NCBI GenBank assembly: GCA_046328335.1
Contig: JAXLWU010000001.1
Span: forward strand, 474,586 to 538,585
Length of the DNA: 64,000 nucleotides
Source: Thermomicrobiales bacterium
Lineage (GTDB): Bacteria > Chloroflexota > Chloroflexia > Thermomicrobiales > UBA6265
Reading direction: 5' to 3'
In this document: positions 46,177 to 54,969 of the stretch, piece by piece
How the letters are laid out: each line of letters starts with the position of its first letter
How positions within the stretch are numbered: position 1 is the stretch's first letter
Made by a program: the position numbers and the translations under genes
The notes under the pieces: generated by a model
Told to the model about the DNA's origin: nothing
What the model saw: only the letters and a program-made list of their open reading frames with translations
Database searches by the model: none

Positions 46177-48102
46177 TCAGCCCAGGAACATGCGGTCGAT
46201 GACCCCGGCGCCAAAGAGGATGGCGAGGTACCAGAGGGAATAGAAAAAGGTCTGCCGCGCCAGGCGTTTGCTCGGCTGCAGATAGAGCCTCAGGGCGAAT
46301 ATCAGGAAGAGCGCGTTGAGGAAGAGCGCGGCGGCGAAGTAGATCCACTCGAATCCGAACGGTGTCAGCGCGAGGCAGACCAGGGTAAGCACGATGGTGT
46401 AGATCACGATTTGCCGCCGTGTCGCCGCTTCGCCGCGCACCACCGGGAGCATCGGCACCGACACCCGGCTGTACTCACCCTGCTTCAGAAGCGCCAACGC
46501 CCAGAAATGAGGCGGGGTCCAGGCGAAGATGATCGCGAAGAGTCCCCAGGCAAGCGGTGTGAGATTGCCGCTGACCGCGGCCCACCCGACCAGCGGCGGA
46601 ATAGCGCCAGCGGCGCCGCCGATGACGATGTTGTGAGGCGTCGATCGTTTCAGCCAGAGGGTGTAGACAAAGACGTAGTAGAGATTTCCCGCCAGCGCGA
46701 GCACCGCCGCCAACCAGTTCACGGTAAAACCAAGTAACAGGACGGAAGTGACGGTGAGGGCAATGCCATAGGTCAGCGCGGCGGTGGGACTGACCCGGCC
46801 GGCGACGATCGCGCGGTTGCGAGTCCGGGTCATCTGACCATCGATATCCCGGTCGATATAGCAATTGAGGACATTGGCTCCGCCTGACGCGAGAACGCCG
46901 CCGAGCAGCGTCACGGCGACCAGCCAGAAGGGCGGCAACCCCCGCGCCGCCATCAGCATCGCGCAGAGGGTCGTGACCAGGAGCAGGGACATGATGCCCG
47001 GCTTGGTGAGCGCGACGTAGTCCGTCACCAGTTGCCGGGCGCGAGCGAGCGAGGTTCCATCCGGATCGAGGGCAAAGGCCGGGGCCCGAGGGGCCATGGC
47101 CATCGTGGCTCCTGATGCTGCCACTCGGGACCCAATAGCCGTGTCATCGCGCGCCGAGTGACGGGACGTCCGGGCCGCGGACTGGGCGGGGAATGCGACG
47201 GTAGAGGACGTCACAGGACGTGCCTGCCACGCGGCGGCGGTGATCGCCACCATCGCCATCCAGAAGAGCGTGGCGATCCAGAGATGCGGGGCGGAAAGCC
47301 AGGCCGGATCTCCGAGCAGGGGCGAGAGAAGATTGAGCAGCGTCTGGGCGAGCACCAGCGCGGTTGCCGCGATGGTCATTCGCCGCGTTGCTGGCGAAGC
47401 GCCGCTGCGCCAGGCGGCGGTCGCGGTCGCAACTGCCGCCGCCGTCGCCAGGAGCGCGGCGGCCCGATAGCCGAGATGGACCGCCAGCTCGCTCTCCATA
47501 CCCGCGCAAAGCGGCCAGGTCGCACAGGCGAAGACGCCGGTGGCGCTCGTCGAAGCACCGAAGAGGATCAACAGGAGCGCCACCGCCGCGGCCAGCGATG
47601 CGACCAGGGCGAAGGAACGATCGGACCGTTGGGACGGGGCACCGCCGAATGCAGCCAGCCAACCGGGAGCGCCTCGTTCCGCCGCCAAGGCGGCCGCGGT
47701 CAACAGCGCGGTGGCGACGAAAAACATGGCGATCAGGAGATGAAGCACGGCGACGGGCGCCGGGCCGCTCCAGAGCGTGGCCCCGCCGCCGATCGCGGAC
47801 TGGAGCAGAATCGCCAGCACGCTGCATGAGACCAGGTTGCGAATTCGGCGCGGCATTCCCGGGGATCGGTACACGGCAACGGCCGTCAGGGTCGTGAGCA
47901 GGACGACCGTCAACGCGGAAACGCGATGGAGGTATTCGATCAACTGCGGCGCGGAGAGGGCCGGAAGCCACTGACCGTTGCAAAGCGGCCACTGATTGCC
48001 GCACCCGGAACCTGCCGGAACGAGTCTGGCAAGGCTGCCGAAGATGATTACGGCGAATGTGGCAAGCAGCGCGGCGAGCGCGAGGCGATAGTTCCGGGTC
48101 AT
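46177..48102 (-). CDS. ctaB: Fused heme A synthase (CtaA/COX15-like, N-terminal) and protoheme IX farnesyltransferase (CtaB/CyoE, C-terminal)
   Basis: N-terminal half: GSGCGNQWPLCNG and CATWPLCAG Cys pairs with conserved His-bearing TM segments. C-terminal half: ALTKPGIMSLL, NCYIDRDIDGQMTRTRNRA, PPHFWALA. No stop between the halves. ATG at 48102. Confidence 0.85.
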   Translation of the reverse strand: MTRNYRLALAALLATFAVIIFGSLARLVPAGSGCGNQWPLCNGQWLPALSAPQLIEYLHRVSALTVVLLTTLTAVAVYRSPGMPRRIRNLVSCSVLAILLQSAIGGGATLWSGPAPVAVLHLLIAMFFVATALLTAAALAAERGAPGWLAAFGGAPSQRSDRSFALVASLAAAVALLLILFGASTSATGVFACATWPLCAGMESELAVHLGYRAAALLATAAAVATATAAWRSGASPATRRMTIAATALVLAQTLLNLLSPLLGDPAWLSAPHLWIATLFWMAMVAITAAAWQARPVTSSTVAFPAQSAARTSRHSARDDTAIGSRVAASGATMAMAPRAPAFALDPDGTSLARARQLVTDYVALTKPGIMSLLLVTTLCAMLMAARGLPPFWLVAVTLLGGVLASGGANVLNCYIDRDIDGQMTRTRNRAIVAGRVSPTAALTYGIALTVTSVLLLGFTVNWLAAVLALAGNLYYVFVYTLWLKRSTPHNIVIGGAAGAIPPLVGWAAVSGNLTPLAWGLFAIIFAWTPPHFWALALLKQGEYSRVSVPMLPVVRGEAATRRQIVIYTIVLTLVCLALTPFGFEWIYFAAALFLNALFLIFALRLYLQPSKRLARQTFFYSLWYLAILFGAGVIDRMFLG

Positions 48103-48276
48103 GCGGCTCCCGCATCCTCGGACGAGGCGGCAACGGTGCAGGCTGATGCCCACGCCACTCCGCACCTTCGCATGGCAGGCTTCCTTATTCTCACGATCCT
48201 GGCTGGTCCCGATCCCGGCATAGTGTAACCTCCCGCCGCGATGGGCGCAGGGGGCTTCCCGGGGCTCGCGCGCGGG

Positions 48277-49053
48277 CTAGTTTTTCGGGGCGCGGAAGCC
48301 CGCGCTCTCGGCTGCTTCCACCGTCGAAAAGCAGAATTCGGGAACCGTTGCCTCGAACGATCGTGATTCACGGGTGTGGTAGATCAACGACTGGGCATTG
48401 CCCTTGATCGGGAACTCTGGTGGGCAGGTCGCGGTGCCGTCCCCGCGGATCGCGCCGGCAGGCACCGCCACCTGGGGCGGCACCGCGACGGGTTCTCCTT
48501 GCGGCAGCGCCTCTTGCACAACCGCTGTGCCATCGCCGACGGCCGCGAGGGCCTCGCCGGGGATAGCAGACACGGTCCGGCCAAGACCGAGCCCGTACCC
48601 GCCGAGTGGCCGTGATGGCGTGCCGAGCGAGAGATCGGCTTTGCGCACCTCTTCGTTCGAAGCGGCGCCCTGCTCCCAATCGGCGGCGGTCAGTTCCGTT
48701 CCCGCCGGGGGCGTGAAGAGCCGGAGCAAGCGCTGGGCCGAGGCGTATTCGGTCAGGGGGCGGCGATTGCTGGCGAGCCGCGGCAGCGAACCGCGCCCGT
48801 ATCCCGGGAGATCGGGATCATCCGGCGTCAACCCTGGAATCTGTGGCGAGCGAACCGCTCCCGGCGCTTCGGGCGAGCGAGGATTCTGCGACGCGGTCGA
48901 TTGGGTTACGTCGTCATCCAGTTCGCTATCGATGCTGTTCAGCGTCCGCCTGGGGCCGTTCCATTCCGCCATTCGTCGCTTTTCCTCACTCCAGTTCCAT
49001 CGCTTCGGTTCGTGTCGTGGAGAGAATACCCGCGGCAAAACCGGGGAGCCCAA
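48277..49053 (-). CDS. Hypothetical protein with a C-terminal 'sunset'-type motif
   Basis: C-terminus CPPEFPIKGNAQSLIYHTRESRSFEATVPEFCFSTVEAAESAGFRAP. The listed start is TTG at 49053. ATG at 48972 has GAGGA upstream and may be the true start. Confidence 0.6.
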   Translation of the reverse strand: MGSPVLPRVFSPRHEPKRWNWSEEKRRMAEWNGPRRTLNSIDSELDDDVTQSTASQNPRSPEAPGAVRSPQIPGLTPDDPDLPGYGRGSLPRLASNRRPLTEYASAQRLLRLFTPPAGTELTAADWEQGAASNEEVRKADLSLGTPSRPLGGYGLGLGRTVSAIPGEALAAVGDGTAVVQEALPQGEPVAVPPQVAVPAGAIRGDGTATCPPEFPIKGNAQSLIYHTRESRSFEATVPEFCFSTVEAAESAGFRAPKN

Positions 49054-49055
49054 TC

Positions 49056-50047
49056 TCAGGCTTCGCTATCACGCTCGTTGATGATGCGGCAGAAACTGTC
49101 GATCCCGAGATTGCCGCCGGAAATGGTCACGCCGACACGCTTGCCGGTGCCGTCGACCTTGCCAGTCAGCAGCGCGGTGAGGGCCGAAGCGCCACTGGGT
49201 TCGACCACCAGTTTCATCCGTTCGAACAGGAAGCGCATGGTGTCCCGGATTTCGTTATCGGTGACTGTGGCAATGCCCTTGACCAGCGGCCGCACGGTTG
49301 GCCAGGTGAGGAGGCCGGGCGCTTCGGTCTGCTGGCCGTCGGCGATCGTGCGCGGCACCGCCGCGAGACCGATCCGCTCGCCACGCGCAAACGACTGCGC
49401 CCAGTCGTCGCCCGCGGCAGGCTCGACGCCCCAGATGTCGATCTCCGGCGCGAGATGCTTCGCCGCGGTGGCGCACCCCGCGAGCAAGCCACCGCCGCCG
49501 AGGCAAACGAGCAACATATCGAGCGGACCGGTCTCCTGGAGGAGTTCGAGGGCGACGGTGCCATTCCCCGCCATGACCTTGGGATGATCGAAGGGTGGGA
49601 TCATCGTCGCGCCAAGTTCCCGCGCCGTGCGGTCGGCAATGGCGGCGCGGTCTTCGTGGTAGCGGTCGTAGAGAACGATATCCGCGCCATAGCCGCGGGT
49701 CGCGGCGAGCTTGGCGGGTGGCGCGTCTTTCGGCATGACGATGGTAGCCGGGATGCCGAACAACTTCGCCGAGAGGGCAACGGCCTGGGCGTGGTTGCCG
49801 GAGGAACTGGTGACGACGCCGCGGGCGCGCGTCTCCGGCTCGAGCGAGGAGATGGCGTTGTAGGCGCCGCGAAACTTGAAGGCGCCGATCCGCTGGAACG
49901 ACTCGACCTTGAGGAACACCTCGGCGCCGGTCATGGCATTCAAGGTGCGTGAGGTCATGACCGGCGTCCGGTTGGCGACGCCGCGAGGCGCTCGGCGGCA
50001 AGCCGCACATCTTCGAAGGTAATCGCGGGGGCATCGACAACGGTCAT
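49056..50047 (-). pseudogene. PLP-dependent threonine/serine dehydratase with an apparent 1-nt frameshift near codon 24
   Basis: 49955-50047 encodes MTVVDAPAITFEDVRLAAERLA, then goes out of frame. The main frame (49056-49958) continues (G)VANRTPVMTSRTLNAMTGAEVFLKVESFQRIGAFKFRGA. Inserting one G in GCGGCG near 49980 restores LAGVANRTP. Confidence 0.7.
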
Positions 50048-50195
50048 TCCTGTCTCCCTATTCAGGCAGCAGCGATTGATGATGAACGGGAGTGTATCGG
50101 AATCGGCCGTCGTCGGGAGGAGATGGGACAAGCCCGGACGGCAGGCCGAGGGTGGGCGACCTCGGCCTTGGATGCCCACTGCGCTTCACACTCGG

Positions 50196-51146
50196 TCAGG
50201 GTTGTGGGCAGTTGCCGCAATCGGCGAACGCGCCATTCGAGCAGAGAACCTTCAGGATGCAGCAGTCCTCCCCATTTTCGATGCAATTGCTAATCTCATC
50301 AGGGGTGCAGCGGCACACCTTGTCGACCGGATCGTACACCCCGATCTCGAAACCACAATTGCATTGACCGTCCTGGCAGATCCCTTTCGTTGCCGGATTC
50401 GCGCAGACGACGCCGTCGCCGATGGAGACGAGAGGCGATCCGTCGCAGGCGCTGGTGTTGTTCGGCGCGTTCACGCAGTGCCCGTTCTGGCATGTCTGGC
50501 AGAGTCCGCACTCGACGCCGCAGGCGCCACAGTTGAGGGTGTCGGTCTTCGTGTTGGTGCAAAGGCCTTCGCAGCAGGTCTGGTTCGCCGCACAGGGAAC
50601 GGCAGGCTTGCCATTCGGCAGGATCGTGTTGCACCCCACAAACGCGGCGCAGGCCGGTTGTGAGAGATCGAGATTCGAGCCGCGAAAGTCAGTGCCGAAG
50701 AGGACCGCACCACAAAACGTCGCCTTCGAAAGGTTGGCGCCGCGGAAACTGGCATTGGTGAGATTGGCGTCCTGGAAGCAGGCGTGGCTGGCGTTGGCGC
50801 CGTTGAACAAGGCGCCCGGCAGTTCCGCATCGACAAAGCAGGCACTGGAAACGTTGGCCGAACTCAGATTGACGCCTTCGGTGAAGTCCGCCCCCTTGAA
50901 ATCGCACCCGGAGAGGTTGGCGCCGGGTCCCACCGGTTTGCCGGCGCACTTTCGGCAGACGTTGGTGCAGGGCACGATCTGGGAAGCGCGGACCCGGTGC
51001 CGCTTCTGCCGCTTCGTTTTCGCGGCAACGCCGTCGTGCGCGGCGACCCCCAGCAAAACAGACGCGAGGACCAACCGCAGCGTGGCACGGCGCGTCCGCG
51101 CCACGCCGATCATTCGCGCGAGGCGGTCAAAGCGAGTGTCGTCCAT
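50196..51146 (-). CDS. Secreted pentapeptide-repeat / Cys-rich protein, small paralog of the giant protein's N-terminal module
   Basis: MDDTRFDRLARMIGVARTRRATLRLVLASVLLGVAA, basic KTKRQKRHR, pentapeptide run (ANLSGCDFKGADFTEGVNLSSANVS...), then CNTILPNGK and LNCGACGVECGLCQTCQNGHCV. ATG at 51146 with GGAGG upstream. Confidence 0.85.
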   Translation of the reverse strand: MDDTRFDRLARMIGVARTRRATLRLVLASVLLGVAAHDGVAAKTKRQKRHRVRASQIVPCTNVCRKCAGKPVGPGANLSGCDFKGADFTEGVNLSSANVSSACFVDAELPGALFNGANASHACFQDANLTNASFRGANLSKATFCGAVLFGTDFRGSNLDLSQPACAAFVGCNTILPNGKPAVPCAANQTCCEGLCTNTKTDTLNCGACGVECGLCQTCQNGHCVNAPNNTSACDGSPLVSIGDGVVCANPATKGICQDGQCNCGFEIGVYDPVDKVCRCTPDEISNCIENGEDCCILKVLCSNGAFADCGNCPQP

Positions 51147-51273
51147 GGGAGAACCTCCGGCCGTCGATGTCGTCTGTCCGTGAGCCGGTGGCATTCTATC
51201 AAGGTGAACCGGCGGGCGACTCACAATTGCCGCTGCCTGATGGAGCAGCGAGGGAGGTATGCAGCGCGGGGAT

Positions 51274-51903
51274 TCAGGGATGCGAACGGGGCGGTGTTGC
51301 CACGACAAGCCGGAACACGCCCAGAATTCGTTGCTGCTCCTCCTCGATGGTGAATCCCAGCGAGCGCGCCAGCCCGATCGTATCGCGGTCGAGGTGACAG
51401 CCCATGGCCCGTTCCTGGAGCGGAGAGAGGAGGCGTTCCGCTGTCGCCACGGGAAACCATGGCGAAAGCACGTGCTCCAGCAGGACGATGCGGCCATCAA
51501 GGCGGCAAACGCGCGCCATCTCCCGCAGGGCAGCATCCGGGTGGGGAATGGTGCAGAGGGCGAGCGAGATAGCGACGGTATCGAACGAGGCCTCCGCGAA
51601 TGGCAGGTGTTCGGCATCTCCCTGCGCGAGCGAAACAGTCAGACCGAGCCCCGCGGCGCGGCGAGCGGCGATCTGGAGCATTTCCGATGAAAGATCGATC
51701 CCGCTGGCATGCGCCACCGCATCGGTGTAATACGGCAGATTGAGGCCACTGCCGATACCGATCTCGAGGGTGTCGCCGCGCAACCGGGCGCCGAATTCGC
51801 GGCGAAATGGCCCGAGCAGGAGACGCTCGGTGACGCCGATGCCGCGGTCGTACGTGGCGGCGCGCTCGTCGTAGATGTGGCGAATGCGGTCTGTTTCGCT
51901 CAT
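51274..51903 (-). CDS. Class I SAM-dependent methyltransferase
   Basis: LEIGIGSGLN (motif I), GIDLSSEML, FDTVAISLALCTIP, GRIVLLEH. Confidence 0.85.
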   Translation of the reverse strand: MSETDRIRHIYDERAATYDRGIGVTERLLLGPFRREFGARLRGDTLEIGIGSGLNLPYYTDAVAHASGIDLSSEMLQIAARRAAGLGLTVSLAQGDAEHLPFAEASFDTVAISLALCTIPHPDAALREMARVCRLDGRIVLLEHVLSPWFPVATAERLLSPLQERAMGCHLDRDTIGLARSLGFTIEEEQQRILGVFRLVVATPPRSHP

Positions 51904-51962
51904 ATCGGTGCTCTCCCTCGGCTCGCCGTGCGTATGCTAGCGCCGCTCTCCGATGGGGAGGG

Positions 51963-53186
51963 TTGTTCGCGAAGCAGATACCGGGAGCGTTCGGCATCGA
52001 CATTCCATTGGTCGATTCGGTTGGCGCGGGGCGTGCCATCTCACCCGATGCGTTGGCGCGAAAGGCGCGCTCGGCGAATACCGCGTACTTTCTCCTGCTG
52101 GGATTCGTGTTCGGCAGTTGGGTGGCGCGGATTCCCGCGGTCCAGGACCGACTGGGATTGAGCGCGCAGCAACTCGGCATCGCCCTGCTCAGCGTCTCGG
52201 CCGGTGCGATGCTGGCCATGCCGTTGACTGGATGGCTGATCCACCATCGTGGCAACGACTCGATAATGCGGCTGGCCGCCGTGATCCTCTGCGTGACCCT
52301 GCCGCTCTTGCCGCTCGCGCCAGTGCTGCCGCTGTTGATGCTCTCGCTCTTTGCCTACGGCATTGGATTCGGCCTGCTCGATGTCTCGATGAACACCCAT
52401 GCGGTCGCGGTCGAGGAGTTGTACGGGCGGCCGATCATGTCCACGTTCCACGGCGTGTTCAGCGTCGGTGGGCTGCTGGGCGCGGGGATCGCCGGGTTCG
52501 TTGCGGGTCTTGGCGTGCCGCCGCTGCCCCATCTGCTGGCGATCGCTGCCGGTTCGCTCACGGTGCCGTTGTTCGCCACGGGTTGGCTCCTCGCGGGTTC
52601 ACGGGGCGAGCGGTCGGTCCCGATTTTCGCCGTGCCGCCGCCATCATTGCTCGGTTTGGGCGTGTTGAGTTTTTGCGTGCTCCTCAGCGAAGGAGCGGTG
52701 GCCGACTGGAGCGCGGTCTACCTCCAGAACACGCTGCAATCGACCGCCAGCATCGCCGCCGCGGGCTACGCGGGGTTCTCGCTGTCGATGGCCGCGATGC
52801 GCTTCGGCGGGGACTGGCTGACGGGCAGAATCGGGCCGGTGAAGATGGTGCTGCTGGGTGGCGTCCTCGCGGGCGCCGGTCTCGGGTTGGCGTTGGCGCT
52901 CGGCGGCATCCCAGCCGCCGTCTTTGGATTCGCCTGCGTCGGCGCGGGACTGGCGGCGGGGTTTCCACTGGCTCTGGGCGCCGCCGGACGAACCCCCGGA
53001 CTGGCCTCCGGGACGGCGATCGGCGCGGTATCGACCGCGGGCTATACCGGATTTCTTGTCGGCGCGCCGCTCATCGGGTTCCTCGCCGAGCGGGCAGGAT
53101 TGCGGTTGGCGCTGGCGCTGGTCGTCGTACTCTGCCTGGTCAGCGCGGCCCTGGCTGGTTCGGTCCGCCGTGAAACGAACAGGTGA
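51963..53186 (+). CDS. MFS transporter
   Basis: 12 predicted TM segments and a GWLIHHRGND-type loop 2-3. Start uncertain. Confidence 0.8.
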   Translation: MFAKQIPGAFGIDIPLVDSVGAGRAISPDALARKARSANTAYFLLLGFVFGSWVARIPAVQDRLGLSAQQLGIALLSVSAGAMLAMPLTGWLIHHRGNDSIMRLAAVILCVTLPLLPLAPVLPLLMLSLFAYGIGFGLLDVSMNTHAVAVEELYGRPIMSTFHGVFSVGGLLGAGIAGFVAGLGVPPLPHLLAIAAGSLTVPLFATGWLLAGSRGERSVPIFAVPPPSLLGLGVLSFCVLLSEGAVADWSAVYLQNTLQSTASIAAAGYAGFSLSMAAMRFGGDWLTGRIGPVKMVLLGGVLAGAGLGLALALGGIPAAVFGFACVGAGLAAGFPLALGAAGRTPGLASGTAIGAVSTAGYTGFLVGAPLIGFLAERAGLRLALALVVVLCLVSAALAGSVRRETNR

Positions 53187-53242
53187 ACGGGTGCGAGTCA
53201 TACGGAATCCGGATGATCACTGCCGTTCGCCCGAGCCGCGAT

Positions 53243-53266
53243 CCCTCACCCCAAACCCCTGTCTTC
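53243..53266 (+). repeat. Family-A 5' arm only (truncated copy A8)
   Basis: CCCTCACCCCAAACCCCTGTC, preceded by CGGATGATCACTGCCGTT as at 40075. Confidence 0.55.
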
Positions 53267-53360
53267 ATCCAGACTTCGTATCAGCCATCGGTCGGTGCGC
53301 GACCCGCACTCGCGGTGAGTGCGCAGGGCGTACGGAATTGGGGCCCCTGAAAAGGGGATG

Positions 53361-53424
53361 CGGGCGACGCAAGCGTCGCACCCTACGACACGTTAGCTGT
53401 AGGGTGCGACGCCTGCGCCGCCCG
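53361..53424. repeat. Family-C long palindrome (26-bp arms, 24/26 complementary, 12-nt loop)
   Basis: CGGGCGACGCAAGCGTCGCACCCTAC-GACACGTTAGCT-GTAGGGTGCGACGCCTGCGCCGCCCG between the convergent MFS and aminotransferase genes. Confidence 0.75.
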
Positions 53425-53449
53425 GGCGCCGTGCCTCGAGATCTTAGAT

Positions 53450-54811
53450 CTAGTCCAATACCTCGGTAATCGATCCGACGATTGCGTCGGCGATGGCATC
53501 GAGTTCGCGCTGCTGGATGGTAAGTGGCGGCGCCATGGCGATGCCGTCATTGACCGGCCGCACGATGATGCCGTGATTGCGGGTCGCTCCGGTGAGACGG
53601 CCGCCGATATTCACCGCGGGATCGAACTTCGTCTTCGTCGCCTTGTCGGCCACCAGTTCCACAAAGAGCATGCAGCCTTTGCCCCGAATGTTGCCGACGT
53701 GCGCGTGATCGTCGAGGCGGTCATGCAGTTGATCGAGCAGGTAGGCGCCAGCGCGGGCGGCATTCTGCGGAAGTTCCTCGCGCTCGATGATGTCGAGATT
53801 CGGCAGCGCGACGGCGCAGGCGACCGGATGTCCGGAGTAGGTGAAGCCATGCATGAACATCCGGTCCGGGGTGCTGAGGACATCCCAGATTTCGTCGGTC
53901 ACACCGACGCCACCGAGCGGCACATAGCCGGAGGTAACGCCCTTGGCGAAGGAGACGATGTCCGAGGTCACCCCGTACTGCTGCATGCCGAACATCGTGC
54001 CGGTGCGGCCAAATCCACAGATGACCTCGTCGAAGATCAGCAGGATATTGTGCTTGCGCAACACCTCGGCGACGGCCGGCCAGTATCCATCCGGGGGGAC
54101 GACCACACCGCCAGCGCCCTGCACTGGTTCGCCGATCATCGCGGCGATGGTGTCGGCCCCTTCGCGGGCGATCGTCTCCTCCAGTTCCTGGACGAGCGCG
54201 GCGACGAATTCGTCCTCGCTCATCCCTTCCCCGTGCCGGTAGGCGTACGGCGGAGTGAGATGGACGAAGCCCGGTACCTGGGGTCCGAACCCCTCGTGGT
54301 AGGTCGGGATGCCGGTCGCGGCGAGCGCGCCCATGGCGATGCCGTGATAGGCCATGCGGCGGGAAAGGATCTTGATCTTTTCCGGTTGACCCTTCAGCCA
54401 CCAGTAATAGCGAGCCATCTTCAGGGCGGTCTCGTTCGATTCGGCGCCGCCGGAGGTGAACTGAAAGTGATTCAGCGGATCGGGAAAGAGTTCGGCCAGG
54501 CGCGCTGCCAGTTCGATCGGCGGCGGGGAGGCGAGACCGAAAAAGGTGGGAACGAACGCGACTTCATGAATCTGGGCCGCGGCCGCGTTGGCCAGTTCCG
54601 CCCGGCCGTGGCCGACGTTGACGTTCCAGAGACCGGAAAAGGCGTCGATGTACTGCTTGCCGTCGGAATCCCAGAGAAAGACGTCGTCGCCGCGAACCAT
54701 CACCAGTGGCCCGTTCTTGCGCAGGGCGTGGAGGTTCGATACCGGGTGCAATAGGTGGGCCTTGTCCTCGGCGACGAGTTCGGCGGTATTCCACGTTTGC
54801 GCGACTGCCAT
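53450..54811 (-). CDS. Class-III (omega) aminotransferase
   Basis: GLWNVNVGHGR, SGGAESNETALK, LLIFDEVICGFGRTG, SFAKGVTSGY (PLP Lys). ATG at 54811 with AGGAGAGAAGGGG upstream. Confidence 0.9.
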   Translation of the reverse strand: MAVAQTWNTAELVAEDKAHLLHPVSNLHALRKNGPLVMVRGDDVFLWDSDGKQYIDAFSGLWNVNVGHGRAELANAAAAQIHEVAFVPTFFGLASPPPIELAARLAELFPDPLNHFQFTSGGAESNETALKMARYYWWLKGQPEKIKILSRRMAYHGIAMGALAATGIPTYHEGFGPQVPGFVHLTPPYAYRHGEGMSEDEFVAALVQELEETIAREGADTIAAMIGEPVQGAGGVVVPPDGYWPAVAEVLRKHNILLIFDEVICGFGRTGTMFGMQQYGVTSDIVSFAKGVTSGYVPLGGVGVTDEIWDVLSTPDRMFMHGFTYSGHPVACAVALPNLDIIEREELPQNAARAGAYLLDQLHDRLDDHAHVGNIRGKGCMLFVELVADKATKTKFDPAVNIGGRLTGATRNHGIIVRPVNDGIAMAPPLTIQQRELDAIADAIVGSITEVLD

Positions 54812-54899
54812 GTCCCCTTCTCTCCTTTGAACCGCTGGCGGTGGCCGCCAAAATTGGAGTGAGAAGCGTACCAGCATCGGCATTGGCTTCATAGAGAAC

Positions 54900-54935
54900 G
54901 AGCGGCGGCCCCGGAGATTTACGGGGCCGCCGCTC
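54900..54935 (-). terminator. Strong hairpin terminator candidate after the 54970-55503 gene
   Basis: Perfect 14-bp stem GAGCGGCGGCCCCG/CGGGGCCGCCGCTC with an 8-nt loop, 35 nt past the stop. On the minus strand it is followed by GTTCTCTATG. Confidence 0.55.
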
Positions 54936-54969
54936 TTGCGTGCTCGAAATTCGCGCGAGGCGCGTCTTC

